A stretch of DNA of 60,817 nucleotides, counting the filler. It is 8 parts of 8 records of this genome, joined end to end, with 100 filler letters (N's around TTAATTAATTAA, not from the genome) between each part and the next. Parts side by side here need not be neighbours in the genome. Positions count along the whole stretch, not along the records: positions 49,834 to 60,817 come from SRR31147125_22519; 7 more parts are not named here. One strand, 5' to 3'. Both the position numbers and the translations under genes were made by a program. The number at the start of each line of letters is the position of its first letter. Position 1 is the first letter of the stretch. The notes under the pieces are model-generated. The model did not search any database and was not told the DNA's origin. It worked only from the letters and a program-made list of their open reading frames with translations. Positions 50,353-60,817 of the stretch are shown here, piece after piece.

Positions 50353-51174
50353 GTGAAAAAAGATGGATTTTCAAACGAACGGCTTTTTATAATTCCCGAG
50401 GAAAAATCAAATTCTAATCATGATACTCATGTAACGGATATCGGTTATTTCCCAAATGCAAAATTCCATTATCGCAAAAGAGCAAATGGCAGTGATGAAC
50501 ATATTTTGATACTTTGTATTGCGGGAAGAGGGTTTGTAAACGACTTAACTATTCATAGTGAAACATTGGTCGTTATCCCAAAAGGATGTCCTCATAAATA
50601 CGGTTCAAGTGATAATTCCCCTTGGGATATATACTGGGTTCATTTTAATACAAAAGAAATCTTTCCTTTTGATAAAATAACGAAAATCGATTTAACAAAA
50701 TCTCAAACAAAAATGTATCTTGATATATTTTGTAATATGATTGGATTTTTAGTTGAGGAAATCAGCTTCGAAGCTTTACATTTTAATTCAACAGCACTTA
50801 ACTATATGATATCTTTGATTATTCATCAAAACAAACATATATCAAAACTACCCATTATTATCAAACAAACAAAAGCTTATATTTTAGAACATTTAGATGA
50901 CCCAATTTCCATTCAAAAACTTATTGATATATTCGGCTATTCAAAAAGTCACCTTAATTACATATATAAAAAAACATATGATACACCACCTATTGCTTAT
51001 TTGACTAATATCAAACTTGAAATAGCTGCAAACTATCTACTTATCACCACCATGAGCATAAAACAGATTGCATTTTCGCTTGGCTATTCTGATCCATATT
51101 ATTTTTCTAGATTATTCAAACAAAAATATTTAGTCTCACCAAAACTTTACCGTCAACAAAACAAAACTTATTAG
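50353..51174 (+). CDS. AraC-family regulator (cupin + HTH)
   Basis: 'TDIGYFPNAKFHYRKR', 'PHKYG...PWDIYWVHF', 'IAFSLGYSDPYYFSRLFK'. Confidence 0.92.
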   Translation: MKKDGFSNERLFIIPEEKSNSNHDTHVTDIGYFPNAKFHYRKRANGSDEHILILCIAGRGFVNDLTIHSETLVVIPKGCPHKYGSSDNSPWDIYWVHFNTKEIFPFDKITKIDLTKSQTKMYLDIFCNMIGFLVEEISFEALHFNSTALNYMISLIIHQNKHISKLPIIIKQTKAYILEHLDDPISIQKLIDIFGYSKSHLNYIYKKTYDTPPIAYLTNIKLEIAANYLLITTMSIKQIAFSLGYSDPYYFSRLFKQKYLVSPKLYRQQNKTY

Positions 51175-53009
51175 TTTACAATTGATATTATTTTATCGGC
51201 TAAAATTATACGCTGATTCAATAGCAAACCAGAGTACACATTATTAATATTATCTATGATATACTCTGCAGAAGTGCATTCTTGTTTTATAATGCAATTA
51301 ACTTCTCCAAGTTCAAGCAATTTTTCAGCTTCTGACATTCCCCTATTTATAACAATTTTTATATCCTCGCCTGGTTTCATATTGTTTTGTTTTATAACAT
51401 CAATTGCTCCCAAAGCCATCTCTTGATTATGCACATATAAAAGGTTCACATTCGAATTATTTTCCAGTATCTGTTTCATCGCATTTGCACCAAACTCATA
51501 AGTGCAATCCCCATATACACTTTCCACAACTTCAATCCTTAAGTAACCATTAATAACATTACCAAACCCATTCTCTCTAGTGAATGTAGAAAAAGCATTG
51601 TCTCTACCTTTAATCTCAGCAATAAATATATCATTTTTATTTGAGTAAACATGATCAACTATCCATTCTGCAGCAAGCTTACCCTCATCATATCCATCTG
51701 CTCCTATGTATGTTAATGAAATCTGCTCAGAATAAGATAGCGGTTCATCCAACAACACCACTCTAACTCCATTGAGCCTCGCTTTTTTAATCAGTTCATC
51801 ATTTTGCACACTATCATAAGGGGTTAAAAAAATCAAATCTGCATTATCTTCAATGAGTTTATCAACTGCCTCGTGCTGCGCTTTCACTATTTCTTCTTTA
51901 TTATTAGTCAACATATAAGAATAAAAGTCTATTTTTTCCATTTTAAAATAACGATTGAACATATCATTTATTGTATTATAATATTCACTATTAACACCAT
52001 TTCCTACATATCCAACAATAGTCCCTTTAGTAATTTCTTTTTTTTGTTCTGACATTAGTTCAGAATTTTTAAAATACCAGCGCATATTATCTTTAGTTAA
52101 AGCCATTGTATTCAAAATATTTTTTTTAACTACAGTTTCTTTATTATCTGCCAAATCTTTAATCATAGGCATGATTTGCGACCCATTATAGTTGTATGTA
52201 TATATGCAGTTAACCTTTTGAAGCTGCTCAATTCCTCGCTTAGTTGAAAAATCCTCGTTACTGAAGCTGGAAAAATAAATGTCATTATAAGTTACTCTTT
52301 GAGCTACCTCTTGTGCTTTTGAAGCAATATCAATATCATGTGCAAAAACAGCTCTAATATCATCATGATTCTTATAAAGGCTCTCTAACTTTGCGTCAAG
52401 TTCACTGCTATTACTAGTTATAAAAAAAGAGATTAGTTGAATATTATCATGTCCGCTTAAAAAATCAGAAAACCCTTTGCTTCGTTCTTGCGTAACTTTC
52501 ATGTTGATTTCATCCTTAATTTCAACAATAGTGCATGATTCACCATCTAAGGTTTCAACAATATTCATTCCTACATTATATCCTAATTCATAGTTATCTA
52601 TACCTAAATACAAATCATAATCATATCCCGATATATATTTATCCAATATTATGATTGGAATATCACCATAATATGATGCTATTTCATTTCTAATAACAAG
52701 CTCGTCATCTGCACAAATCAGCATCACATCCACACCCATAGCTTGGAGTTTTTTAAGATCTTTCAACTGTGAATATATACTTCCTGAAGCATTAGTAGTT
52801 ACAATATTTACTTTGCTATCTTTTTCAGCATTTTTCATAATTGCATTATAAATTGACGTTTGTTTTATTTCAGATAGATTAGAGAAAGAAATCCCAACCA
52901 GATATTCTACTCCTTCCTCTTCAGTACCAATAATATCTAAAATAAGACATAAAGTAATAGAGATAATGACAAATATTATTATTGACAGCATTATAATAAT
53001 TTGCTTCAT
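51171..53009 (-). CDS. Membrane-anchored protein with two tandem sugar-binding (PBP type 1) domains
   Basis: N-terminal TM; two repeats with 'YLGIDNYELG...ERSKGF' and 'YIGADGYDEG...TRENGF...HNQEMALGA'. Confidence 0.8.
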   Translation of the reverse strand: MKQIIIMLSIIIFVIISITLCLILDIIGTEEEGVEYLVGISFSNLSEIKQTSIYNAIMKNAEKDSKVNIVTTNASGSIYSQLKDLKKLQAMGVDVMLICADDELVIRNEIASYYGDIPIIILDKYISGYDYDLYLGIDNYELGYNVGMNIVETLDGESCTIVEIKDEINMKVTQERSKGFSDFLSGHDNIQLISFFITSNSSELDAKLESLYKNHDDIRAVFAHDIDIASKAQEVAQRVTYNDIYFSSFSNEDFSTKRGIEQLQKVNCIYTYNYNGSQIMPMIKDLADNKETVVKKNILNTMALTKDNMRWYFKNSELMSEQKKEITKGTIVGYVGNGVNSEYYNTINDMFNRYFKMEKIDFYSYMLTNNKEEIVKAQHEAVDKLIEDNADLIFLTPYDSVQNDELIKKARLNGVRVVLLDEPLSYSEQISLTYIGADGYDEGKLAAEWIVDHVYSNKNDIFIAEIKGRDNAFSTFTRENGFGNVINGYLRIEVVESVYGDCTYEFGANAMKQILENNSNVNLLYVHNQEMALGAIDVIKQNNMKPGEDIKIVINRGMSEAEKLLELGEVNCIIKQECTSAEYIIDNINNVYSGLLLNQRIILADKIISIVN

Positions 53010-54217
53010 TCTTTTCCCTCTCTATCAATTTGATTCTTATATTCTAAAGGTGTCAAGTTTACTACCGATTTAAATACACGACAAAAATAATGCTGAGTTT
53101 TGTATCCAACCTTTTCTGCAACTTCATAAATTTTGGAGTTTGGACACTTTAAATATTCCTTTGATTTTTTTATTCTAACCTCAGTTAAATATTCATTAAA
53201 ACTTAAACCAATCTCTTTTTTAAATAATCTCGACATATGCGATTCACTTACAAATAGCTTTGCAGCAGCTCCCGAAAGTGTCATATCAGAATCAGCATAA
53301 TTTACATCAACATATGACTTTGCCATCGTCATTGATGGGGAAAGTGTCATCTCACTTTCACATAATGACAACAACTCTAAATACTTTTTTCTAAAATTCA
53401 AAATATCAATAATTATTAAACTTGAACTTATACAAATATAGCCACAATGATTTTCAATAGCTTCTGTAATTTGCACTACCTGTTCATCCAAATCAACATT
53501 TTTCTTATTTTCAAAAAAAGCCAAGCATACATCTTCTTCACTTTCTACAATTATTGCATCACTGCCAAACATTTTAAAAACATATTTTTCACAAATTTCA
53601 GCAAAATCCGAAGTAAGGCTACCGTTAGATTTTTCTTTACTTTTCAAAATATTCATTTTGCAAAACATAGCCAAACAGTATTCTTTACCCTCATCAACTT
53701 TAATCACCTTAACTTTTTGTTTGAATAAGTTTTTATCTACACCTGATTTTGCCCAAGATAATATTATATTTTGCTTCAACTTATAACTGTTGTTTTCAAT
53801 AAATTCCTCAGCCCAATTAGAATAATTTTCTGTTGTACGCTGTTTAAGCTGTTCATCAATTGCATTTTGAACCGTCTCTCTAAGTTTACGTTTATCAACA
53901 GGTTTCAAAAAATAGCTAAATACACCATACTCGATTGCTTTTTGTGCATATTCAAATTCGTCAAAACCAGAAACAATAATGATCTTACAACTCGGCAGTA
54001 AATTTCTCATTTCTTTTGCCACTTCAAGCCCATTCATAAGTGGCATATACATATCTAAAAGCATGATATCAGGCTTTGTCTCCTTCGCTGCTTTCAAAGC
54101 TTCTTGACCATTTGATGCTTCAGCAACAACTTCGATGCCCATTTCATCCCATGGTAACGATTTTCTAAGCCCTTGACGTATTCGCATTTCATCATCAACT
54201 ATTACAAGCTTTAACAT
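53006..54217 (-). CDS. YesN-like response regulator (REC + AraC HTH)
   Basis: 'IVDDE', 'LDMYMP', 'KP', 'IYEVAEKVGY...YFCRVFK'. Confidence 0.92.
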   Translation of the reverse strand: MLKLVIVDDEMRIRQGLRKSLPWDEMGIEVVAEASNGQEALKAAKETKPDIMLLDMYMPLMNGLEVAKEMRNLLPSCKIIIVSGFDEFEYAQKAIEYGVFSYFLKPVDKRKLRETVQNAIDEQLKQRTTENYSNWAEEFIENNSYKLKQNIILSWAKSGVDKNLFKQKVKVIKVDEGKEYCLAMFCKMNILKSKEKSNGSLTSDFAEICEKYVFKMFGSDAIIVESEEDVCLAFFENKKNVDLDEQVVQITEAIENHCGYICISSSLIIIDILNFRKKYLELLSLCESEMTLSPSMTMAKSYVDVNYADSDMTLSGAAAKLFVSESHMSRLFKKEIGLSFNEYLTEVRIKKSKEYLKCPNSKIYEVAEKVGYKTQHYFCRVFKSVVNLTPLEYKNQIDREGKE

Positions 54218-54236
54218 GATTTTGTTCCTCTCTTAA

Positions 54237-56017
54237 CTATTTGTACACAATTGGGTGTGTGATTGTGACTTTTGTTCCAACATCCAATTCACTCTCAACC
54301 TGCAAACCGTATTCATCTCCAAAGCTAAGCTTTATCCGTTCGTTTACATTATATATTCCAACCCCAAACTTATCTCTATTTTCGGTTTCTCCACTTAGTA
54401 ATTTTTCATTAATCATTTTGGTTTTTTCTCGACTTATTCCAACTCCATTATCACTGATTATGAAAACCACCTTGCTATCCTTCTCTTCTACTTTGACACG
54501 AATATATCCTTTTTTCAGCTTAGGTCTAATACCATGATATATGCTGTTTTCAATGATTGGTTGAAGAATTAATTTTATCACCATATAACTGGAAAAATCA
54601 CCATTACACTCTACAAAAAAATCGAACTCCTCGACATATCTCACCTTTTGAATATCCATATAGCTTTTAACTTGTTCCAGTTCATCATAAAGCGATATTA
54701 ACTCTTTCCCATTATTTAGACTTCGCCTAAAAAAGTAGTTAATGCCAGCACTAGATCAGATATTTCTTCGGCATCATATTCTTGTGCCATCCAATTTATT
54801 GTATCTAAGGTATTGTACAAGAAGTGGGGTTTAATTTGCATTTGAAATGTTTTAAGTTCACTTTTTCTTAATGTCTTTTGATCTGTTTCAACTTGTTTCA
54901 CCAACGCTTCTATCGAACACAGCATTTGGTTAAAGCTCTGACCTAATTCGGAAATTTCATCACTATATTTAGGAACAAAACGAACCTCAAGATTTCCATT
55001 CTCAGCATCATGCATCTTCGATTTCAGATCACTAATCCGCTTTTTAAAATTGTTTGTCGTTATATAGGCAAAAAAAGAAGCAATCAACATCATCAATACT
55101 GCAAACGATATTGACATTATCATCAGCTTTATTATTGCATTTTGACTATCTTCAAGAGAGAATACAGATACCACATAGCTATCAATATAACTTGCATAAA
55201 TATAATTAATCTGATAATCAACTCCGTTTATTTTTCTTGTTTCGCGACCGTTTTCACCTTTCATCAATCCAGTATCAACTCGATATACAATATTATTTAC
55301 AGGTGCATATATAACCTCTTCGTTCTTGTTAACAATATAAAAAAAACTATCCTCACCTATTCCAGCATTTTCGTATATATCCTGAATTTTACTCAGCTTA
55401 ACATCTATTAGAATGGCTCCCCTAACATCATTTGTTAAATTATCAACTAAAGCTTTTGAACATAAAACAACCGCCTCTGATGAATAATAGTCGTAAATGC
55501 TTCTTATATTTCTTCCAACTGAGTTTGAATCTATATATATCTTATTTCTGTTACTTGTAGAATTGATATACCATTGATCATTCGTAACATTTCTATTACC
55601 CATGCCTATCATATCATTGCTTATAATATCACCTTTATAGTTTATAACCGCTACACCTATAACATCTTTATTAACAGCTTTTAAATCAAACAATTCTTTT
55701 TTAATATCCTCTTCCACTTTAGCTTGATTTTCATTATATAAAATAGAATTATTTAAAAAAATATTAACACTTTCGTTTTTATTCAAGCTATCAATCATCA
55801 TCTCTAATGATTCAAAATAGCCTTCCGTACTATTTTTCAGTTGTCTGTTGTTCTGCACAGCTTGGTCATTAATACTATTCATCATACTGTGTCCATATAA
55901 AATAACATATGGTACTGTCAAGAATATAACAACTACAAAAACTATTACTATAACAAATAGTAATAGTTTTAATCCGACACTCTGTGCCCCATAGTAATAT
56001 TTTAAGCTTTCAAACAT
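54237..56017 (-). CDS. YesM/LytS-like sensor histidine kinase (dCache-HAMP-His_kinase-HATPase); indel at the A6 run 54729-54734
   Basis: 'QIKPHFLYNTL'; one added base restores 'FFRRSLNNGKELISLYDELEQVKSYMDIQ', joining to 'LQPIIENSIYHG...DNGVG'. Confidence 0.9.
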
Positions 56018-56055
56018 CGATTTACCTATATCCCTACAGCATCTCTGCCCATCAA

Positions 56056-56943
56056 TTATATTCTTGCATAATAGTCAGCTTTACCCAATGTTTCTGTAGT
56101 AACCTGATATAGTTTACCACCCATAAATGTTCCATCGTTATTAGTAAATGTTTTTTGATCATCTGCACCGATTCCAGCAGTTGTAACATACAGTTGTTTC
56201 ATATTCACACCACCAAAAGCAACACTTGAAACCTGATTTGCATCAATATGTATTTCATCAATCAATACTCCATTACAGTCTACGTTAACAACTTTACAAC
56301 CGCCCCAGTACGCAATCCATAAATCACCACAACTGTCAACAGTCATACCATCAGGTGCACCTTGGTTTTCATCACCTTTAATGATAAGTTTTGGATTAGA
56401 TATCATTGCAGTATCCACATTATAATCATATCTTTTTATTTCTGAAGTTTTACTATCAATATGATAAAAATAACTTTTGCATGGAGAAAAACCCATACCA
56501 TTAGATATTCCTAGTCCCGTCAATACAACTTTTGGACTTTTCCCTTTTTCAAACAAAAACAATTTACCGTCACTTTTAGTAGATTTCATCGTGCCAGCAA
56601 AAATCCTACCTATAGGATCAACAATTACATCATTGTAGCGTTCATCATCATCTAACTGTACATTATAAATTAGATCTTCAAATAATACCGAACCGTCTTT
56701 ACTAAAAATTATTCTCTTCACACCTTCTTTAACAAACGCAAGCAAATCATAATTTTCATCAAATGCAATCCCACCTATATTGCTGTCTGTTTTCCAAACA
56801 CAAACCACCTTATTCGAGGCTTCATTTCGTTTATATATCGTATTTTTTAATATATCCAACCAGTATATCGATTCATCTCTGCTGTTCCAAACTGGTCCTT
56901 CGCCCAAAAGGCACAACGGCCCGATAATTTCTTTGATTCTCAT
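56056..56943 (-). CDS. SMP-30/gluconolactonase family sugar lactonase
   Basis: 'LGEGPVW', 'RYND', 'SNG', 'PDGMTVD', 'SSVAFGG'. Confidence 0.92.
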   Translation of the reverse strand: MRIKEIIGPLCLLGEGPVWNSRDESIYWLDILKNTIYKRNEASNKVVCVWKTDSNIGGIAFDENYDLLAFVKEGVKRIIFSKDGSVLFEDLIYNVQLDDDERYNDVIVDPIGRIFAGTMKSTKSDGKLFLFEKGKSPKVVLTGLGISNGMGFSPCKSYFYHIDSKTSEIKRYDYNVDTAMISNPKLIIKGDENQGAPDGMTVDSCGDLWIAYWGGCKVVNVDCNGVLIDEIHIDANQVSSVAFGGVNMKQLYVTTAGIGADDQKTFTNNDGTFMGGKLYQVTTETLGKADYYARI

Positions 56944-57164
56944 ATATACTCCTCGACCAATCCATGTAGTCGCACCTATTTAATTTAAGCAAAATACTGA
57001 ATTAAAGTATAATACTTACCACATTGCCTGTCAACGTAATAACAACCTTTATCAACACATGATTTTTCTTAATAATTTTCATTTATTACTGTTTTAATAA
57101 TAAACAATAAGAAGACATATCCCATGATATGCCTCCTTACTCTATTAAATTACCGACAAGAATA

Positions 57165-58220
57165 CTATTTTAGATATTCTTGCATTAATTCTTTATAATT
57201 ATCTTTTGTTACCATAACAGCGTCAACAGCATATTCGATAGGAATCTCTGTACCATCAATAATATTATTCATCAATGATGCAGCTGATGTGCTTCCAACA
57301 TCATATGCTGAGAAGTATGCAGCAGCTTTGAAAGCTGAGTATTCTTTTTCAAATTCACCAGGTCCTAAGTATCCTCCAAGACCAACAGCACAAGATTCTT
57401 TATCTAATCCTGCTTGCTCAAGTGCACGAACCGCACCAACAACACCATCATCACTTACACCAAGAACCATCCATTTTTTGATTTGTGGATTTCCTGTTAT
57501 AATTGTACTTGCTGCGTTATATCCAGTTTCTGTATCTGTTAAATGGTCGCCTTTGAAAATTCTTTCTTCAGGGAAATTAGGCATCATTTCTTTAATAACT
57601 TCTAACTCACCTTCTGTTCTTGGAACACAACTAGAAACAGTTTCAGCTGTCAAAACCAAAACACCAACTTCTGGATCATCTATAAGGTTATTATCTTGCA
57701 TATATTCATACATCCATACACCACAAGCAGTACCAATTTTATAAGCACTAATACCAACCCATGGAGCAAGTTTCTCACCTTGTTCATCTTGAAGTGCATC
57801 ATCACAAGCAATTACAGGAATTCCAGCTTCATTTAATTTATCAACTGCAACTTGGCTAAGTTGTTGATCAGGGATACATGTTAAAACGCCGTCTACGCCT
57901 TGAACGATAACATTATCAAGTGCTTGAAGGAATAAATCTGGGTCTGTTTGAACATCAATATAGTTGAAGTCTTTTGCACCCATCTCTTTTACTGTTTGTT
58001 CAGCAGCTGCTCCCTCTTCGATAAACCATGTTGCATCACCCATTTTGTAGATACCTGCAATAATAATTTCGTCGTCTTCTGCTTTTGCAGGTTCTTCCGC
58101 TTTTACTTCTTCTGCTTTTTCAGCAGGTGTCTCAGCAGCTTCCTCTGCTGGTGCTGCACATGATGTAAACATTGCAACAGTAAGCATTAAAACCAACACT
58201 AGTACTAATAATTTTTTCAT
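57165..58220 (-). CDS. araF: Arabinose-type ABC substrate-binding lipoprotein
   Basis: Lipobox 'FTSC'; 'YKMGDATWF', 'TCIPDQ', 'ACDD', 'VGISAYKIG', 'PRTEG' parallel AraF motifs. Confidence 0.75.
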   Translation of the reverse strand: MKKLLVLVLVLMLTVAMFTSCAAPAEEAAETPAEKAEEVKAEEPAKAEDDEIIIAGIYKMGDATWFIEEGAAAEQTVKEMGAKDFNYIDVQTDPDLFLQALDNVIVQGVDGVLTCIPDQQLSQVAVDKLNEAGIPVIACDDALQDEQGEKLAPWVGISAYKIGTACGVWMYEYMQDNNLIDDPEVGVLVLTAETVSSCVPRTEGELEVIKEMMPNFPEERIFKGDHLTDTETGYNAASTIITGNPQIKKWMVLGVSDDGVVGAVRALEQAGLDKESCAVGLGGYLGPGEFEKEYSAFKAAAYFSAYDVGSTSAASLMNNIIDGTEIPIEYAVDAVMVTKDNYKELMQEYLK

Positions 58221-58272
58221 TTTTTTCTCCTTTATTTTATTAGAATATTATTTTAACAAATATTCAAATTCT

Positions 58273-59271
58273 CTATTTCGCTAAATCTTCCATGCTTTTT
58301 TCTAGTTGTTTTTTCTCTCTTCTAACTTTTCTGTAATAGTCAAACGCAAGCGCCACCAACAGTAGCAATCCTTTTGCAACTTTTTGCCAAAATGTTGGAA
58401 CATTAACCATAATCAATCCAGTATTAAATCCCTGTAGGATAAACACTCCAAGCACAGTCCCTAACATTGTTCCAACTCCACCTGAAAAGGCTGTACCGCC
58501 CAAAACAGCAGCTGTTACAGCATCAAACTCAAGACCTTCTGACGCAGATGGGTTACCAGAATTCATTCTAGCTGCCAACAATATTCCACCCAAAGATGCC
58601 ATAACTGATGTCAATATAAACAATTTGTTAGTGATTTTTTCAGGATTCAAGCCTGCTAGTCTCGCAGCATATTTATTTCCACCAAGAACATATATACTTC
58701 TACCAAATTTCGTTCTATTAAGTATAATTCCAAAGACTATAAAACAAACAATCAATACAATAACTGGAGTTGTGAACACATTCCAAATCCTATAAGTTCC
58801 AATGCTAATAAAGGATTTGTTAGTGATAAATATCGGTCTACCAGCACATATTATATAAGCTGCGCCTCTTACAATCGACATTGTAGCCAATGTTGCAATA
58901 AAAGGCTCAAGCTTTAATTTCATTACAGCAAGTGCGTTGCCATACCCCATTAGTGCACCAGCTATCAAAACAATACAAATTACAAGAGGAGTATTGATAC
59001 CTTTATCCAGTAAAAAAGCACTAAATACGCAAGCAAAAGCTGCGACAGATCCTGCTGACAAGTCAACTGAACCTGAAATTATCAAATATGTCTCACCAAT
59101 AGCAACAAGCCCTATCAAAGATGCCGCCACACAGATGTTTACCATGTTTTGCATACTAAAATAGTTTTTATTCATCAGTGAAAATACAAATACAATAGCC
59201 GCTAAAGCAACCATCAATCCTACTCTGTCCATTACCTGGCTTGCACCACCAGTTCTTCTTTTCTTCAACAT
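58273..59271 (-). CDS. araH: Monosaccharide ABC permease (AraH/RbsC-like)
   Basis: 'DLSAGS', 'FIATLAT', 'T.FGRSIY..GGN..AARLAG', 'AAVLGGT'. Confidence 0.8.
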   Translation of the reverse strand: MLKKRRTGGASQVMDRVGLMVALAAIVFVFSLMNKNYFSMQNMVNICVAASLIGLVAIGETYLIISGSVDLSAGSVAAFACVFSAFLLDKGINTPLVICIVLIAGALMGYGNALAVMKLKLEPFIATLATMSIVRGAAYIICAGRPIFITNKSFISIGTYRIWNVFTTPVIVLIVCFIVFGIILNRTKFGRSIYVLGGNKYAARLAGLNPEKITNKLFILTSVMASLGGILLAARMNSGNPSASEGLEFDAVTAAVLGGTAFSGGVGTMLGTVLGVFILQGFNTGLIMVNVPTFWQKVAKGLLLLVALAFDYYRKVRREKKQLEKSMEDLAK

Positions 59272-59281
59272 TTCCTTCTCC

Positions 59282-60787
59282 TTAATTATCTAACATTGCT
59301 AGTGCAAGTATGCTTTCTTCTGCTGCCTCTTCACGCATAACCTCACCTGTAATTGTCCTATCCTTCATTACTATAATTCTATCTGACAAGCCAATAATTT
59401 CTGGCATCTCGGATGAAATAACGATCACTCCAATGCCAGATTTTGCACATTCGCAAATTAATTTATAAAATTCTGATTTTGCTCCAACATCAATACCTTT
59501 TGTTGGTTCATCCAAGATAATTACCTCAGGATCAGTTCCTAACCATCTTGCAATAATTGTTTTTTGCTGATTGCCTCCACTAAGTTCTGCAATCTTCTTT
59601 TCAATGTCAGGAGTTTTGATATTAAACTTCTTAACATTTTCCTCAGCAATATCAATTTCACTTTCTCTATCGATAAAGTTTAATTTGTTTATTAACCTAT
59701 CCAAAATCGATATTGAAATATTTTCTCTTACTGACAGGTTCGTAATAATCCCTTGCTCTTTTCTATCTTCTGGGCAAAGAGCAATCCTGTATTTCATTGC
59801 CTCTTCAGGAGATTTAGGATGCACTTTCTTTCCGTGAATAAATAATTCACCTTTAGTTATTGGATCAACGCCAAATATTGCTCGCATTGTTTCTGTTCTT
59901 CCTGAACCAACCAATCCAGAAAAGCCCAATATTTCGCCTTTTCTAAGTTGAAAGTTTATATCATGAACATGCTTTGTCGATAAATTTTTCGCCTCTAAGA
60001 TTACTTCTCCAATTTCCTTTTCTCTATCAAGTTCCTTGAAAATGTCACCTAAATCACGACCAACCATCAATTTAATCAATAACTCTGGTGTAGATTCTTC
60101 TATTCTCAAGCATTTAACCAATTGACCATCTTTAAAAACAACAATTGAATCTGCAATCTCTTCAAGTTCCTTCATTCTATGAGATACATACATGACAATT
60201 TTGCCTTCTTCTTTAAGCTTGGCAATACAATCAAATAAAATTTTAATCTCCGAAGTCGTTAAACTAGCAGTAGGTTCATCGAATGCAATAATCATCGAAT
60301 CTCTTTTATATGCCTTTAATATCTCTATCATCTGTTGATGAGCGATACTTATGTCTTTAACCTTATCTCTTGCATCAACTGGCAAATCAAACTGATCAAT
60401 CAATTCCTGAGTCTCGCTAAACAACAAATCATAATCTATTAAGCCATTTTTTTGGGCTGGTAGCTCTCCAACATATATGTTTTCAGCTACTGAAACTTCA
60501 GGTATCAATTGTCGCTCTTGATAGATAATACTTATTCCCGCTTCTATTGCCTCTTTCGGTGTGTCAAAATGCACTGGTTTATCATTAATCAAATACTCAC
60601 CACTTGTTGCTTGATAGTCACCATTTAATATTTTCAACAGTGTTGATTTCCCCGCACCATTTTCACCAACAAATGCAACAGCTTCACCGCCATAAGCAAC
60701 AAAACTTACGTCATCCAAAGCACGAACACCAGGAAAAACCTTTGTGATATTCTTAAATTCAACTTTATTTCTCATTATTTTCTCCAT
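59282..60787 (-). CDS. araG: Monosaccharide ABC ATP-binding protein (AraG/RbsA-like, two NBDs)
   Basis: 'FPGVRALDDV', 'GENGAGKSTL', 'LSGGNQQK', 'DEPTKGIDVGAK'. Confidence 0.85.
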   Translation of the reverse strand: MEKIMRNKVEFKNITKVFPGVRALDDVSFVAYGGEAVAFVGENGAGKSTLLKILNGDYQATSGEYLINDKPVHFDTPKEAIEAGISIIYQERQLIPEVSVAENIYVGELPAQKNGLIDYDLLFSETQELIDQFDLPVDARDKVKDISIAHQQMIEILKAYKRDSMIIAFDEPTASLTTSEIKILFDCIAKLKEEGKIVMYVSHRMKELEEIADSIVVFKDGQLVKCLRIEESTPELLIKLMVGRDLGDIFKELDREKEIGEVILEAKNLSTKHVHDINFQLRKGEILGFSGLVGSGRTETMRAIFGVDPITKGELFIHGKKVHPKSPEEAMKYRIALCPEDRKEQGIITNLSVRENISISILDRLINKLNFIDRESEIDIAEENVKKFNIKTPDIEKKIAELSGGNQQKTIIARWLGTDPEVIILDEPTKGIDVGAKSEFYKLICECAKSGIGVIVISSEMPEIIGLSDRIIVMKDRTITGEVMREEAAEESILALAMLDN

Positions 60788-60817
60788 ACAGTAAAACTAT
60801 ATTTACTATCCCTTTAC

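Overview
This window is not one genomic locus. It is eight unrelated contigs, probably metagenomic, joined by seven artificial 100-bp linkers (44 N + TTAATTAATTAA + 44 N). A (1-6930): deltaproteobacterium-like exopolysaccharide export genes (WecA-like transferase, TPR lipoprotein, OPX/Wza-like protein, OM beta-barrel). B (7031-15802): amino-acid catabolism operon (M20 peptidase, PLP aminotransferase, RidA, YheO/DauR-like regulator), a collapsed vapBC remnant, an orphan 505-aa transporter-like protein, and a flavoprotein-tatC-tatB-tatA-lipoprotein operon. C (15903-20986): Bacteroidota genes (FAD/Fe-S oxidoreductase, methyltransferase, DUF5916-like protein, rho). D (21087-28792): low-GC polysaccharide locus with a tandemly duplicated glycosyltransferase. 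E (28893-37717): clostridial argC with ARG boxes, a MacAB-like ABC system, ppx-ppk1 and a GH5. F (37818-43302): Fusobacteriota-like dnaX...rplI region containing a HEAT/GGDEF/pseudo-peptidase trio. G (43403-49733): a lipoprotein and a six-gene uncharacterised membrane operon around a DUF6754-like protein, the best candidate here for an undescribed system. H (49834-60817): clostridial arabinose-type ABC transporter, lactonase and sugar-sensing regulators. About ten genes carry small indels in homopolymer runs, most likely sequencing errors. No rRNA, tRNA or CRISPR array was seen. All family and taxon assignments come from motif recognition by eye, not from database searches.
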